Source: Alphaproteobacteria bacterium MarineAlpha5_Bin5
GTDB lineage: Bacteria; Pseudomonadota; Alphaproteobacteria; HIMB59; GCA-002718135
DNA: 64,000 bases
Assembly (NCBI GenBank): GCA_002938205.1
Contig: PTKZ01000001.1
Span: 9,354 to 73,353, forward strand
Direction: 5' to 3'
Position numbers and translations under genes: made by a program. The notes below the pieces were generated by a model that had not been told where the DNA came from, searched no databases, and saw nothing but the letters and a program-made list of their open reading frames with translations. Shown here one piece after another: positions 39,159-49,939 of this stretch. Positions within the stretch are counted from its first letter, which is position 1, and the number at the start of each line of letters is the position of its first letter.

Positions 39159-39721
39159 TAAAAACCAATTTCTGAAAGACATATATCTGCAATAAAATTA
39201 CTAAATCCAGCAACTAAACCAATTGATTTAATCTGTTGATTTGAAAGTTTTTTCAATTTATAAAAATTTGATCTTTTAAAATCTTTAAATGGAGCTTTGA
39301 TTTCAATCCATTGATTTTGTGCATTAAAACTATATGAATAATATTGCCAAGGAGCTGACGTTAAGGGTGTACGTATATGTATGGAATATTTATTATTGTT
39401 TCCAAATATTTTTAAATAAATTCCTTTAAATTCATCGGCATTAATTAAAGGGTTAATAGGAGTTCTTATTTGTATAAATCCCCCATTATTTTCTGTTGTC
39501 ACATTACCAGTCATTTTATAGCAAGGAATATTTTCTATTGAACTTATAATTGCTTTCCCTTCAGATAATCCACCCATAACTCCATCTGTAAAAAATGACC
39601 ATCTTTCACCTTGTATTGTTTTTCCTGGATCACCTAATTCATCAAGTATCAGTTTTTTTGCTTCTGATATATTTATTTTAACACTTAAAGGCAGAAAAAA
39701 TAAAAAAAATAGAAATCTCAA
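39155..39721 (-). CDS. CIA30 family protein
   Basis: W...TDGVMGGLSEG, GNVTTENNGGF. Confidence 0.85.
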   Translation of the reverse strand: MRFLFFLFFLPLSVKINISEAKKLILDELGDPGKTIQGERWSFFTDGVMGGLSEGKAIISSIENIPCYKMTGNVTTENNGGFIQIRTPINPLINADEFKGIYLKIFGNNNKYSIHIRTPLTSAPWQYYSYSFNAQNQWIEIKAPFKDFKRSNFYKLKKLSNQQIKSIGLVAGFSNFIADICLSEIGFY

Positions 39722-39990
39722 GATTTTTTAGAATCCATTAATTTTTTTTTAATCAAAGATAGGCCATTATCTTTTTTTGACCTATATGATTCTTTAAAAG
39801 CATGCAGTTGCCACCCATCCAATCTTTTCATTAACTCATTTAAATTGTTATGCTTCCAAGTATTTGATGTTTTTTCATCTTTCCAAATTGCTTTTTCCTC
39901 ATTTGTTCTGCCACATCCATAACAAAAACCCGTTATAGGATCTGTTTTACAAACACTAATACAAGGTGAAATAAGATTATTTTCATTCAT
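39718..39990 (-). CDS. DUF1289 small Cys-rich protein
   Basis: SPCISVC...CYGCGRT.EE...W. Confidence 0.85.
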   Translation of the reverse strand: MNENNLISPCISVCKTDPITGFCYGCGRTNEEKAIWKDEKTSNTWKHNNLNELMKRLDGWQLHAFKESYRSKKDNGLSLIKKKLMDSKKS

Positions 39991-40052
39991 AGCTATTAAA
40001 TATATTTTTTTTGTAATATTTCCAATAAAATGATTGAGTAAATTAATTTTTT

Positions 40053-41024
40053 GTGTTTATGGAAAATTTTAACTATACTCAAATTGAAGAGGCTTATAAT
40101 AATATTAAAAATACAGTAATTAAAACCCCATTTGTTTCTAGTGATTATATTAATAAACTTTTAGGCTCAAAAGTTTTTTTTAAACTTGAAAATTTACAAA
40201 TAACAGGATCTTTTAAATTTCGTGGTGCTTCTAATAAAATTGCTAAACTTTCCAATGTTCAAAAAAATCAAGGAGTAGTTGCATATTCCTCAGGTAATCA
40301 TGCGCAAGCAGTAGCTTATGCCTCTTTTAGAAATAACATAAATTCTAAAATTATAATGCCTAACAATGCTCCTAAAATTAAAATAAATAATACAAAAAAA
40401 TATAAAGCTCATGTAATTCTATATGATCCGTTAACAGAAAATAGAGAAACAATTGGAGAAGAAATAGCTCGCAATGAAAACAGAACCATAATACGTCCAT
40501 ATGATGATTTTGATATCATTGCAGGTCAAGGAACAGCAGGTATTGAAATTGCAGAAGAATTAAGTTCTCTTTCTATAAATCCTGATATTTATTTATGTTG
40601 TTGTGGTGGAGGAGGATTAATAGCAGGTACATCAACTTATTTAAAATATAAATTTCCTAAAATAAAATGTTACTCTGTTGAGCCAGAAAAATTTGATGAT
40701 ACTAAGATTTCATTAGAAAGTGGAACAATAAAAAAAAATATTTACAAACATAATTCTATTTGTGACGCACTTCTCGCCCCTCAACCAGGCAAATTAACCT
40801 TTCCTATTAACACCAATAATTTAACAGGCGGTCTTGCTGTGTCAGATAATGAAGTAAAAAGCATTATTCCTTTTTTAGCTGAACATTTAAAAACAATTGT
40901 TGAACCAGGAGGAGCTGTTGCTGCAACAGCTCTTTTGACAAATAAAGTTGATATAAAAAATAAGAACATTGTAGTAATGATTTCGGGAGGGAATATTGAC
41001 TTAGATTTTTTCACTATTTTATGA
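40053..41024 (+). CDS. PLP-dependent threonine/serine dehydratase (serine racemase-like)
   Basis: KLENLQITGSFKFRGA, SSGNHAQ, GGGGL, SGGN. Confidence 0.9.
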   Translation: MFMENFNYTQIEEAYNNIKNTVIKTPFVSSDYINKLLGSKVFFKLENLQITGSFKFRGASNKIAKLSNVQKNQGVVAYSSGNHAQAVAYASFRNNINSKIIMPNNAPKIKINNTKKYKAHVILYDPLTENRETIGEEIARNENRTIIRPYDDFDIIAGQGTAGIEIAEELSSLSINPDIYLCCCGGGGLIAGTSTYLKYKFPKIKCYSVEPEKFDDTKISLESGTIKKNIYKHNSICDALLAPQPGKLTFPINTNNLTGGLAVSDNEVKSIIPFLAEHLKTIVEPGGAVAATALLTNKVDIKNKNIVVMISGGNIDLDFFTIL

Positions 41025-42784
41025 ATAAAACTTCCAAATTATATTTATTGCAAGAAAATTTAAGAAATAATGATATTGATTTTTTTGTAATTAATAGGAC
41101 TGATGAATTTTTGAATGAGTATATAGCTCCTTATGCTGAAAGACTTCAATGGTTAACAAATTTTTCTGGATCTGCGGGTAAAGCAATTATTGCTCAAAAA
41201 AAAGCAATTTTATTCGTTGATGGACGATATACTTCTCAAGCCAAAGCACAGATTAATGCTGATGAAATCACATTAAATCATAATAATAATTTTTGGAAAG
41301 TATTAAAGAACTGTTGTAGATCTGGTAAATTAATTGGCCTAGACCCAAAACTTCATTCAATTGATGAAATAACAAAATTTCATGAATACGTAAATGATAG
41401 TAATGCAAAATTAATTTTTTTAAATATTAATCCTATTGATTTTGTATGGAAGGATCAACCAGCTAAAAAATATGCTAAAATATTTGATCATCCACTTAAT
41501 TTTGCAGGTTTAGACAGAAGTATCAAAATTAAAAGTTTTCAAAACTCATTAAAAGAACAAAAATTAGATTATTATTTTCTAACCAGTCTTGATTCAATTG
41601 CTTGGTTATTAAATATTAGAGGAGATGATATAAAGTTTACACCTATTGCTTTTTTGTACTTAATTATTTCTAAAAATGAAAAACCTATATTGTATGTTTC
41701 TATGGATAGCTTGAATCAAAAACTTAAAAAAAATTTAATAAAAATTATTGAATTAAAAAGTATAAATAAAATTGATTTTGTTTTTAAAAAATTTTTGCAA
41801 AATAAAATTATCGGAATGGATTTTAAAAATACTGCCTTTTATTTTTATCAATTGGCAGTTGTCGCAGGTTTAAAAATAAAAAATGTAAACAATCCTTGCC
41901 TTTTACCCAAGGCAATTAAAAATCCTACAGAAATAGAAGGTGCTCGCAATGCATTTATTAGAGATGGAGTAAGTTTAACTAAATTTCTGTATTGGTTAAA
42001 AAATACGAATGATTTTTCTTCATTATCAGAAAAATCTTTAGCTGAAAAACTTTTTTCATTTAGAAAAGCTAACGATTTTTTTCATTCACTTTCTTTTGAA
42101 TCTATTTCTGCTATTGGAAAAAATGCGGCATTACCTCATTATAAAGTTAGTCAAGATAGTAATTCTTTATTATTAAAAAATTCTATATATTTAATTGACT
42201 CTGGTGCACAATATTTGGATGGTACAACTGATATAACTAGAACAATAATTATAGGTATTCCCACTGAAGAACAAAAGGATCGTTTTACAAGAGTTTTAAA
42301 AGGTCATATTCGTTTATCATCTCATGTTTTTAAAAAAGGCACAAAAGGAACAGATATTGATTATTTAGCTAGAGAAAGCTTAAATGAAATTGGATATGAT
42401 TATGACCATGGAACTGGTCACGGTATTGGAAGTTTTTTGAATGTACATGAAGGTCCACAGCGTATTGGTAAAAAAAATCAATTTGACAGCATTAAGTTGG
42501 CTCCAGGTATGATTTTATCCAATGAACCAGGATATTACAAGGAAGGTGAATATGGAATTCGTATAGAAAATATTTTGGTTATTAAAGAAAAAGATAATGC
42601 AACTTTAGAATTCGAGAATATTTCTTGGACACCAATTGATAAAAATTTAATTATAAAAAAAATGTTGAATGATTTCGAAATCAAATGGGTTAATAATTAT
42701 CATAATAAAGTATACAAATTTTTAGTAAATTTTTTAAATCAAGAGGAAAGAAAATGGTTAAAGTATGTTACCACTCCTCTTTAA
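41021..42784 (+). CDS. Xaa-Pro aminopeptidase (aminopeptidase P, M24B)
   Basis: FSGSAG, DGRY, DSGAQYLDGTTDITRT, HGTGHG, SNEPGYY, GIRIEN. Confidence 0.93.
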   Translation: MNKTSKLYLLQENLRNNDIDFFVINRTDEFLNEYIAPYAERLQWLTNFSGSAGKAIIAQKKAILFVDGRYTSQAKAQINADEITLNHNNNFWKVLKNCCRSGKLIGLDPKLHSIDEITKFHEYVNDSNAKLIFLNINPIDFVWKDQPAKKYAKIFDHPLNFAGLDRSIKIKSFQNSLKEQKLDYYFLTSLDSIAWLLNIRGDDIKFTPIAFLYLIISKNEKPILYVSMDSLNQKLKKNLIKIIELKSINKIDFVFKKFLQNKIIGMDFKNTAFYFYQLAVVAGLKIKNVNNPCLLPKAIKNPTEIEGARNAFIRDGVSLTKFLYWLKNTNDFSSLSEKSLAEKLFSFRKANDFFHSLSFESISAIGKNAALPHYKVSQDSNSLLLKNSIYLIDSGAQYLDGTTDITRTIIIGIPTEEQKDRFTRVLKGHIRLSSHVFKKGTKGTDIDYLARESLNEIGYDYDHGTGHGIGSFLNVHEGPQRIGKKNQFDSIKLAPGMILSNEPGYYKEGEYGIRIENILVIKEKDNATLEFENISWTPIDKNLIIKKMLNDFEIKWVNNYHNKVYKFLVNFLNQEERKWLKYVTTPL

Positions 42785-42792
42785 TTAATAAA

Positions 42793-42954
42793 TTAATTAT
42801 ACAAATTATTATATATTCCACTTCGTTCTAAATCTCTTATTCTTTCTTCAAGATCATATATATTTGAAGATTTAGATAAGTATTTTTCTATTATTTCAAT
42901 TTTGGAATCAGAACGTAAAGATTTATTTAAATAATTAAGCAGCTTTTTTATCAT
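42793..42954 (-). CDS. Small protein, DUF3563-like
   Basis: Hand translation MIKKLLNYLNK...IEKYLSKSSNIYDLEERIRDLERSG; overlaps the upstream small ORF. Confidence 0.6.
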   Translation of the reverse strand: MIKKLLNYLNKSLRSDSKIEIIEKYLSKSSNIYDLEERIRDLERSGIYNNLYN

Positions 42955-43117
42955 TTTTTACTTTTGTCTTATTTAAGTATTCAGTTAATGCTGATTTCCA
43001 ATCTTTACCGAACTCATTTCTAAAATAACGTACTAAATTTGGATCAACATTATCAAAATCAAATTCATTTAAAGACTTGTAAGTATTACTTACTATGTTT
43101 AAAATGTTTCTAATCAT
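42935..43117 (-). CDS. Small hypothetical protein
   Basis: AAGGA RBS upstream; DPNLVRYFRNEFGKDWK. Confidence 0.65.
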   Translation of the reverse strand: MIRNILNIVSNTYKSLNEFDFDNVDPNLVRYFRNEFGKDWKSALTEYLNKTKVKNDKKAA

Positions 43118-43152
43118 ATTTTCCTTTCAAATTATTATATAATTTATTTAAT

Positions 43153-43200
43153 ATGCATTAAAAGCAATAATAATTCATGTTTAATATGCAAAAAATGCAT
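43153..43200. promoter_or_regulatory. Tandem LysR-type boxes (ATGC-N7-GCAT)
   Basis: ATGCaaaaaatGCAT at 43186-43200 and ATGCattaaaaGCAA at 43153-43167, upstream of the small-protein pair. Confidence 0.5.
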
Positions 43201-43310
43201 ATATATTTTCTCAAAATTTTAAGTTAATTAAACTTGGATGAAGATTAATATAAATTATTTAAATTAATAATACACTTCTCATCTTAGAAAAGTTAATTAT
43301 ACATCTTAAT

Positions 43311-43433
43311 ATGATTATAATTCTTACACAATGTTTTCATTCTAGGGTAGGAGGTATCGAAGATTTAATTAGTAATTTAGCTTTAAGTTTAAGTACTCAA
43401 GAAAAAATCATTTATAGTTGTAGCAGTAATTAA
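43311..43433 (+). pseudogene. Truncated duplicate of the 5' end of the GT4 glycosyltransferase at 53096
   Basis: MIIILTQCFHSRVGGIEDLISNLALSLSTQEKII versus MIIVLTQCFPPRIGGIENLVSNLVLNLSEQEKII; stops after 40 codons. Confidence 0.85.
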
Positions 43434-43564
43434 AAATAATAATAAATATTTCATATTTTAAAGAAATAGAAAAAAAAAATTTTGATAAATATTATTTCGT
43501 TGAAGGTGACTTTAATATTCTAACATTACTTTTGTTTGATGCAATATACAAAATCATAGAAAGA

Positions 43565-44224
43565 TTAAAGTATACCATGTTTAGTGAATACATCTTTAAG
43601 TGATTGACCTTCATTAAGCTCTTTACGAACCGTATTCTCTTTTGTAACTTTTTGGTATGATTTTTCAACAACATCATTAATTAATTTAGATGGTATTGAT
43701 ACTAATCCATCTTGATCACCAAATATTAAATCTCCAGAATTTATTAATACACCTCCTACTTGAGCAGGAACATCTGACATTATCATTTTTCCTCTAAATT
43801 TTGTGTCTACAGGATTTGTTCCATTTGAAAAAATTGGAAATTTCATTTTTTTTATTGCACTGGAGTCCCTTATACATCCATCAGTAAGACATCCTTCAGC
43901 TTTTAAGTATTTAGCTCTTGTAGTTAAAAGCTCTCCCCAAGGAGCTATATTTGTATTATTGTTACAAGATAAAACACAAACTTCTCCTTCTAACAAACTA
44001 TCAATTAATTCAATTTCATATTCATATACATTTGTATTTTCATCGTCATGATAAATTGGCATGTAAATACCTGTTCTAGCAAATCCACATAGTATAATTT
44101 CTGAGTCTAAAGAGTGAATTGTAGTACTAACAGCTTGTTTATGATAACCAAAAAAATCCAAGGTATCTGCTATTACAGCTGAATAAAGATTATTTTTGCA
44201 TTTTTCTATAATATTTTTTTTCAT
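43565..44224 (-). CDS. RraA/HMG aldolase family protein
   Basis: SAVIADTLD, APWGELL, DGCIRD, GDLIFGDQDG. Confidence 0.88.
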   Translation of the reverse strand: MKKNIIEKCKNNLYSAVIADTLDFFGYHKQAVSTTIHSLDSEIILCGFARTGIYMPIYHDDENTNVYEYEIELIDSLLEGEVCVLSCNNNTNIAPWGELLTTRAKYLKAEGCLTDGCIRDSSAIKKMKFPIFSNGTNPVDTKFRGKMIMSDVPAQVGGVLINSGDLIFGDQDGLVSIPSKLINDVVEKSYQKVTKENTVRKELNEGQSLKDVFTKHGIL

Positions 44225-44279
44225 TAATTGATATTACTATCTTATTAATTTAAAATAAATACGTATTTTGGAAAATGTT

Positions 44280-45761
44280 ATGAAAAATATATTATTCATT
44301 GGTATTTTTCATGAAACTAACTGTTTTATAAAACAAAAAACTCTACTTAAGGATTTTGAAATTTTAAAAAAAAAAGAAATATTAAATTTAACAAATGATT
44401 TTTCTCAAATATCAGGTTTTTTAAATTTTTGTAAAAATAAAAATTTGAATGTTTTCCCAACAGTAAGTTTTACTGCAACTCCATCCGGCATTGTTGAAAA
44501 TAAAGTTTTTGAAATATTTTGGAAAAAATTCATTAAGATTTTTAATAAAATTAAACAAAATAAATTTGATGCAATTTATTTATCTTTACACGGAGCAATG
44601 GTAACGGAAAAAATTTTTGATGTTGAGGGAGAACTACTTAAAAGATTAAAAAAAATCAAAACTTTAAAAAATATACCTGTATTTGGAGTTTTTGATCTTC
44701 ATGCTAACTTTACTAAAAAAATGGCGAAACTTTCTAACGCTTTAATTTGTTATCAAAAGAATCCTCATACTGATTCTTACAAAATAGCCTATAGAGCTGC
44801 TAAAATTATGTATGACTCATTAAATAAAAAATTAATTCCAAAAACGTATTATATGAATGCTAAAATTTTATGGCCACCCTCAGGAACAAGTACATTAAAA
44901 AATCCAATGCGCAAACTAGAAAGTGAAGCAAGAAAATATGAAAAAGAAAATAAAAATATTTTAGCAATAAATGTAATTGCAGGTTTTGCATATTCAGATG
45001 TTCCAGAAAATGGAGTTGCCTTTTCTGTGATAGCAACAAATTATAAGAATGTAAGCATTATTATTAAAAAATTGGTTCTTCTTGCTAATAAATTGAAATT
45101 GAAAGGTTTGGTGAAAGAGTATGATCTTAAAAAAATAATTACTATGATTAGTTCAAAAAAATTTAATCAACCAGTTCTTTTAATTGAATCTGCAGATAAT
45201 ATTGGTGGTGGCTCTCCTGGAAACACCACGGATGTAATGAGATCATTAATAAGTAATAATATAAAAAATTCAGGTGTAATTATAAATGATCCTCTTAATG
45301 TAAAAAAATTAAAAAATGTAAAAGTTGGCGATTTTTGTAAATTAATTATTGGAGATATGCAAAATTACAAAAAACAAAATCAAATGATACTAAAAGTTAA
45401 ATTAATAAATAAGACTAATGGAAGATTTACTTTAGAGGATAAGCAAAGTCATTTAGCTGCTTCAAGAGGTGAAAAAATTAACATGGGTAATTGTGCTTTA
45501 GTTCAATGTTCAGGAGTCTATATATTACTTACTTCAATTAAAACTCCGCCATTTGATTTAGGTCAATGGAAAAGTCAAGGACTTGATCCTGCAAAATTAA
45601 CAGCTATTGGAGTAAAAGCTGCGGCAGCATATCGTCAAGCTTATGACAAGATATCCAGAATATCCTATAATGTAAAAACCTCTGGACCTTGCCAAAGTGA
45701 CTTAAATAAAATCAAATATAAAAATGTAATTAAAAAGTCATTTTTTCCTCTAAATAGTTGA
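44280..45761 (+). CDS. MlrC/M81 family metallohydrolase
   Basis: HETNCF, LHGAM...DVEG, DLHAN, PHTD, ADNIGGG. Confidence 0.88.
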   Translation: MKNILFIGIFHETNCFIKQKTLLKDFEILKKKEILNLTNDFSQISGFLNFCKNKNLNVFPTVSFTATPSGIVENKVFEIFWKKFIKIFNKIKQNKFDAIYLSLHGAMVTEKIFDVEGELLKRLKKIKTLKNIPVFGVFDLHANFTKKMAKLSNALICYQKNPHTDSYKIAYRAAKIMYDSLNKKLIPKTYYMNAKILWPPSGTSTLKNPMRKLESEARKYEKENKNILAINVIAGFAYSDVPENGVAFSVIATNYKNVSIIIKKLVLLANKLKLKGLVKEYDLKKIITMISSKKFNQPVLLIESADNIGGGSPGNTTDVMRSLISNNIKNSGVIINDPLNVKKLKNVKVGDFCKLIIGDMQNYKKQNQMILKVKLINKTNGRFTLEDKQSHLAASRGEKINMGNCALVQCSGVYILLTSIKTPPFDLGQWKSQGLDPAKLTAIGVKAAAAYRQAYDKISRISYNVKTSGPCQSDLNKIKYKNVIKKSFFPLNS

Positions 45762-45869
45762 TTTTTAAATAATATCAAATTTTTTTTAAAAGTAATTTCA
45801 ATCTATATTGACATTATATTTTAAATAAGTTTCAATATTCTAAAATAATCATTTTTCTAGGAGGTAAAA

Positions 45870-47165
45870 ATGAAAAAGAAAATTTCTAGAAGGAATTTTA
45901 TAAACAAAACAAGTTCTTTAGCTTTGGCCGGTGCCCTGGTCTCTCAAGTTGGATTTAAGTATGCACTAGCAGCTAATAAAGATCCTGTAAGTTTGTTGCT
46001 AGGTTCTCATATGGACTATCTTCAAGCTCTTGCTCCAAACTATGCAGAAATGTATGGAGTTACACCAACAATAGAAACGGTAACAACACCTGATTTATCT
46101 GTAAAGTTAAACTCTGCTTATATTGCAAGAAAAAGTGTTGGAGATGCGATATTTGTAACAGCTTCAGAAATAGCTGGGTTAGCAGATAAGGGATGGCTAC
46201 AAGATATGACAGGCTTTGTTAATAATACTCTAAAACCAAATGGTGTTATGGAAAACAGTCTTACTGCAGCAACTTATAAAGGAAAAATTTATGCTGCTCC
46301 TATATCTATAGGTTGTCCAGTTTTACATTGGAACAAAAATTTACTTAAATCTGCAGGTTTGGATATTGAAGCACCTAATAACTGGCATTCAACAAAAAAT
46401 TCTTGGAATGAACTTATTAGATTCGCAAAAGAAATAAATGATCCTGATAATGATATTTATGGAATTGTTGATGCTTGGGCTGGTACACATAGTTTTTGGA
46501 CATTTGGAGCTCTTCTTCAAGCAAACGGTGGAAGCTTTTTAGATAGTAACCTTGATCCAGTAATGAACAGTGATGCAGGAGTTGAAGCATTGAATATGAT
46601 GGTTGATTTGCTTCATAAGGATAAAATTATTGATCCTGCTACTCCAACTTACACTTGGGTTTTTGATGCATCGCCAAGTTATATGGCTGGTAAAAGAGGT
46701 TTCTTCTTAACTTGGCCATTTATTAGTGGGATTGCAAATTTCTCAGAAGATTCTGCAGTACAAGGAATGAGTGGAATAGCACCTCTTCCTGCTTTAGAAA
46801 CTTCAGCATCAGTAGATGGTTCAGAATTTTTAGCTATACCAAAATACTCTGATAATCCAGAAGCGGGTATGCAGTTTATTGAAATGGCGTTAAGTCCTGA
46901 ACTTCAAATTTTGCAAGGATCTACTTCACCTTGGGCACCTTCACTTGAACCTGCATTAAATCATCCTGATGTTGTAAAAAATATATCATTTGCAGGAGTG
47001 ATAAGAGACTCATATCTTTACCCTGTTGATGCTGGGTTTTCAGCGGATAGAAATCAATGGGTTGAATTGATGTCGAATGAGGTATCTCTAGCTATTACTC
47101 AAAAAAAGAGTGCAAAAGATGCTTTAAATGATGCTGTTAAGCAAATTAATGCGAGCAGGTCTTAA
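45870..47165 (+). CDS. Carbohydrate (CUT1) ABC substrate-binding protein, Tat-exported
   Basis: SRRNFI twin-arginine signal, AGGAGG RBS, GKIYAAP...WNKNLLKSAGL. Confidence 0.85.
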   Translation: MKKKISRRNFINKTSSLALAGALVSQVGFKYALAANKDPVSLLLGSHMDYLQALAPNYAEMYGVTPTIETVTTPDLSVKLNSAYIARKSVGDAIFVTASEIAGLADKGWLQDMTGFVNNTLKPNGVMENSLTAATYKGKIYAAPISIGCPVLHWNKNLLKSAGLDIEAPNNWHSTKNSWNELIRFAKEINDPDNDIYGIVDAWAGTHSFWTFGALLQANGGSFLDSNLDPVMNSDAGVEALNMMVDLLHKDKIIDPATPTYTWVFDASPSYMAGKRGFFLTWPFISGIANFSEDSAVQGMSGIAPLPALETSASVDGSEFLAIPKYSDNPEAGMQFIEMALSPELQILQGSTSPWAPSLEPALNHPDVVKNISFAGVIRDSYLYPVDAGFSADRNQWVELMSNEVSLAITQKKSAKDALNDAVKQINASRS

Positions 47166-47185
47166 ATATAAAATTTATTCAAATT

Positions 47186-47983
47186 ATGAAAATTAATTTG
47201 AATGATTATACCTGGGAGGAAGCTAAAGATTTAGCAGACTTAGATCCTGTAATCTTGCTTCCTCTTGGTGCATTTGAACAACACGGCAAACATCTTCCTC
47301 TTAAAGTAGATGAATTTATGGTTAACAAAATAGCCATTGAGTCAGCAAATAAATCTCTTGTTAAAAATGTTAAGACAGTTGTCGCTCCAGTCATCTGGAC
47401 TGGTTATTCTCCACACCATATGGATTTTGCAGGCACCATATCTATTAAAGATGAAACATTAACAAACTTGATTATTGATATTGTAGAAAGTTTAGTAAAA
47501 AATAAATTAGAGAGAATACTAATTATTAATGGCCACGGAGGCAATATAGCAATTCTAAAGAACGTAGGCCAAAAATTAAAATATGATAAAAATATTTACA
47601 TAGCAACATCATCTTATTGGGATTTTGCTATGAAAGAAATTAATGATTGGAGAAAATCTGAACTCGGAGGTATTAATCATGCCTGTGAAATGGAAACGTC
47701 ATTAATGCTTCATATAGAAGAAAATATTGTAAAAAAAAATAAAATTGAAGATAATCCTTTAAAGAGATCACCTTATACTGGTGTTGATCTATTATTAGGC
47801 GGACCTGTTGGAGTAAGTGCAAGCTTTAAGGAATTATCCCCTCACGGAGTTATTGGCTCTCCAAGTTTAGCAACAAAAGAGAGAGGATCTCAATTATTTG
47901 ATGTTATTACAGATAAAATATCTAATTTTATCTGTGATTTTTCAACTTGGAAAAAACCTTTAAATGGTAAAAATGATAAATAA
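47186..47983 (+). CDS. Creatininase/amidohydrolase family protein
   Basis: GAFEQHGKHLP..D, SPHH, NGHGGN, HACEMET. Confidence 0.9.
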   Translation: MKINLNDYTWEEAKDLADLDPVILLPLGAFEQHGKHLPLKVDEFMVNKIAIESANKSLVKNVKTVVAPVIWTGYSPHHMDFAGTISIKDETLTNLIIDIVESLVKNKLERILIINGHGGNIAILKNVGQKLKYDKNIYIATSSYWDFAMKEINDWRKSELGGINHACEMETSLMLHIEENIVKKNKIEDNPLKRSPYTGVDLLLGGPVGVSASFKELSPHGVIGSPSLATKERGSQLFDVITDKISNFICDFSTWKKPLNGKNDK

Positions 47984-49184
47984 ACATCTAGCATTATTTT
48001 GTTATCCTTGGGATGTAATTGATGAAGGATATGATGCGATAATTGATGCTGTGAAACGCAGTGGACTTAATTCTATTTATATTACTGTAAACTATCACTC
48101 AGGTATGTTTTTTTTACCTCACAGTTTAAAAAGAAAAATCTATTTTCCAGAGCCTGGAGCATTATATATTGATCCAGGTAAGTGGCATGCACAACATAAT
48201 TTTAAATCACCAGTAAGCAAACTTACAAATAATTGGAGTACTTTTTGGGACACTTTATCTAAAAAGTGTAAACAAAATAATATTAAATTATGTGCCTGGA
48301 TGCTTGGCACACACAATTCTGGAATTGGAAATAATTATCCTGAAATGTCTGTACATAATGCTTGGGGTGATCCAATAACACATTCTCTTTGTCCTTTTAA
48401 TCCTGAAGTAGTTGATCACTTTGTTAACTTATCAAGGGATATTGTGAATTTAGGAGTATTTGATAAAATTTTAATTGAATCTCTTGAGTATCTTCCACTT
48501 AGACATGGTCATCATCATGAAGTAATTGGAGTAGATTTTTCTGCTGATATTGATTTTATAATGTCTCTAAATTTTAGTAAAAAATGTTTAGAAGCTTTAA
48601 AGCAAAAAAACGTTGATGGTGAAATGATAAAAAATTGGGTCAAGGAAACCACAAATGATTATTTTAATAAAAATATAAAGAAAGAAATTATGAATTGGTC
48701 TGATTTTGAAAATGCAATTGATGGTCAGTTCTGGAAATATTATCAAATTAGAGAGGAAAGTATAACCAATATAAATAAAGTTGTGATAAATGAATTAAGA
48801 CAAGATAAAAATTTAAAGATCGGTTTAGTAGATTTTGGACCATTATATCCACTTGGTCCAAATAAGCAGAGATGGCAAAATGGCGTTAATTTAACATCTT
48901 TATTGCCATTAATTGATGAAATTCATCCAACTTTCTATTTTGCAGATTTAGAAATTTTTAAACAAAAATATTATATATATAAAAATGTTTTAGAAAACAA
49001 AGTTGATATGATCCCAGCAATTAGAACAATACTTCCACAAATCGCTAATCAAACGGATTTAAATAATCAACTTAAAGTATTTAATCAAGAATCAGCTGGA
49101 TTTAGTTTTTACAATTATTCATTCATGAATTATGAAAATTTAGATTGGATTAATAATTCACTTAATATTTTAAAGAATAATTAA
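47964..49184 (+). CDS. Uncharacterised protein, probable glycoside-hydrolase-like TIM barrel
   Basis: FCYPWD, YHSG, LCPFNPEV, ES; fold inferred only. Confidence 0.55.
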   Translation: MVKMINKHLALFCYPWDVIDEGYDAIIDAVKRSGLNSIYITVNYHSGMFFLPHSLKRKIYFPEPGALYIDPGKWHAQHNFKSPVSKLTNNWSTFWDTLSKKCKQNNIKLCAWMLGTHNSGIGNNYPEMSVHNAWGDPITHSLCPFNPEVVDHFVNLSRDIVNLGVFDKILIESLEYLPLRHGHHHEVIGVDFSADIDFIMSLNFSKKCLEALKQKNVDGEMIKNWVKETTNDYFNKNIKKEIMNWSDFENAIDGQFWKYYQIREESITNINKVVINELRQDKNLKIGLVDFGPLYPLGPNKQRWQNGVNLTSLLPLIDEIHPTFYFADLEIFKQKYYIYKNVLENKVDMIPAIRTILPQIANQTDLNNQLKVFNQESAGFSFYNYSFMNYENLDWINNSLNILKNN

Positions 49185-49186
49185 AT

Positions 49187-49939
49187 ATGAGCACTTCAGT
49201 AGATATTTTAATAAATCCTGTAACTTTAAGATTTAGTTATCATAACAATGAATTAATTTATATGTTTGCTTCACATCCTACACAACAACTTGATGAAATG
49301 GAAAAATTAATGGGCGTAAGTACCAAAGAAGGACCTATTTTTGATACTAATGTTGGTTTCCTTCCTGTTGCAACTACTACTTTAATACGAGGAGAAAAAA
49401 ATGTACTTGTTGATCCTGGTAATTATCACATTGGATTTTATTCAATTTTAAAAAGAGCTTTAGCATCAAGAAATTTAACTTATGATGATATTGATATTAT
49501 TGCTACTACTCATACTCATGCAGATCATGCAGCTTCAATAGTCCATTTCAGAAATAAACCTTGGGTAATTGGAATGAAAGAGTTTCATGACATGGAAGCT
49601 ATTGAAGGTAATGAGATAGTTAATGCAAAAAAATCAATGATGGGAGAAATCATAGAAATTTCAGATAACAATGAAACAAAGATTATGGAAAATATGTATG
49701 CAATTACAACTCCAGGTCATACTAGTGGTCATATATCATTTGTAGTTAAAAACGATGAAAGCACTGTTTTGATAGCTGGGGATCAAACAATGACTAAAGA
49801 AGAATATTGTGACAGAAAATTTTCTAGATGGTATCCAAAAGAAAACTTAAAACAACTAAATGAGTCATTAGATAAAGCTCAAAGTTATAAACCAGACTTA
49901 GTTATTCCGGGGCATGATCGAGCATTCAAACCTAATTGA
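49187..49939 (+). CDS. Metallo-beta-lactamase fold hydrolase (lactonase-like)
   Basis: THTHADH, TPGHTSGH, AGD, PGHD. Confidence 0.88.
   Translation: MSTSVDILINPVTLRFSYHNNELIYMFASHPTQQLDEMEKLMGVSTKEGPIFDTNVGFLPVATTTLIRGEKNVLVDPGNYHIGFYSILKRALASRNLTYDDIDIIATTHTHADHAASIVHFRNKPWVIGMKEFHDMEAIEGNEIVNAKKSMMGEIIEISDNNETKIMENMYAITTPGHTSGHISFVVKNDESTVLIAGDQTMTKEEYCDRKFSRWYPKENLKQLNESLDKAQSYKPDLVIPGHDRAFKPN

Noticed and set aside
44280-45761. MlrC as evidence of microcystin degradation
   Set aside because: No mlrA/mlrB/mlrD; the family is broad and the context is carbohydrate uptake.
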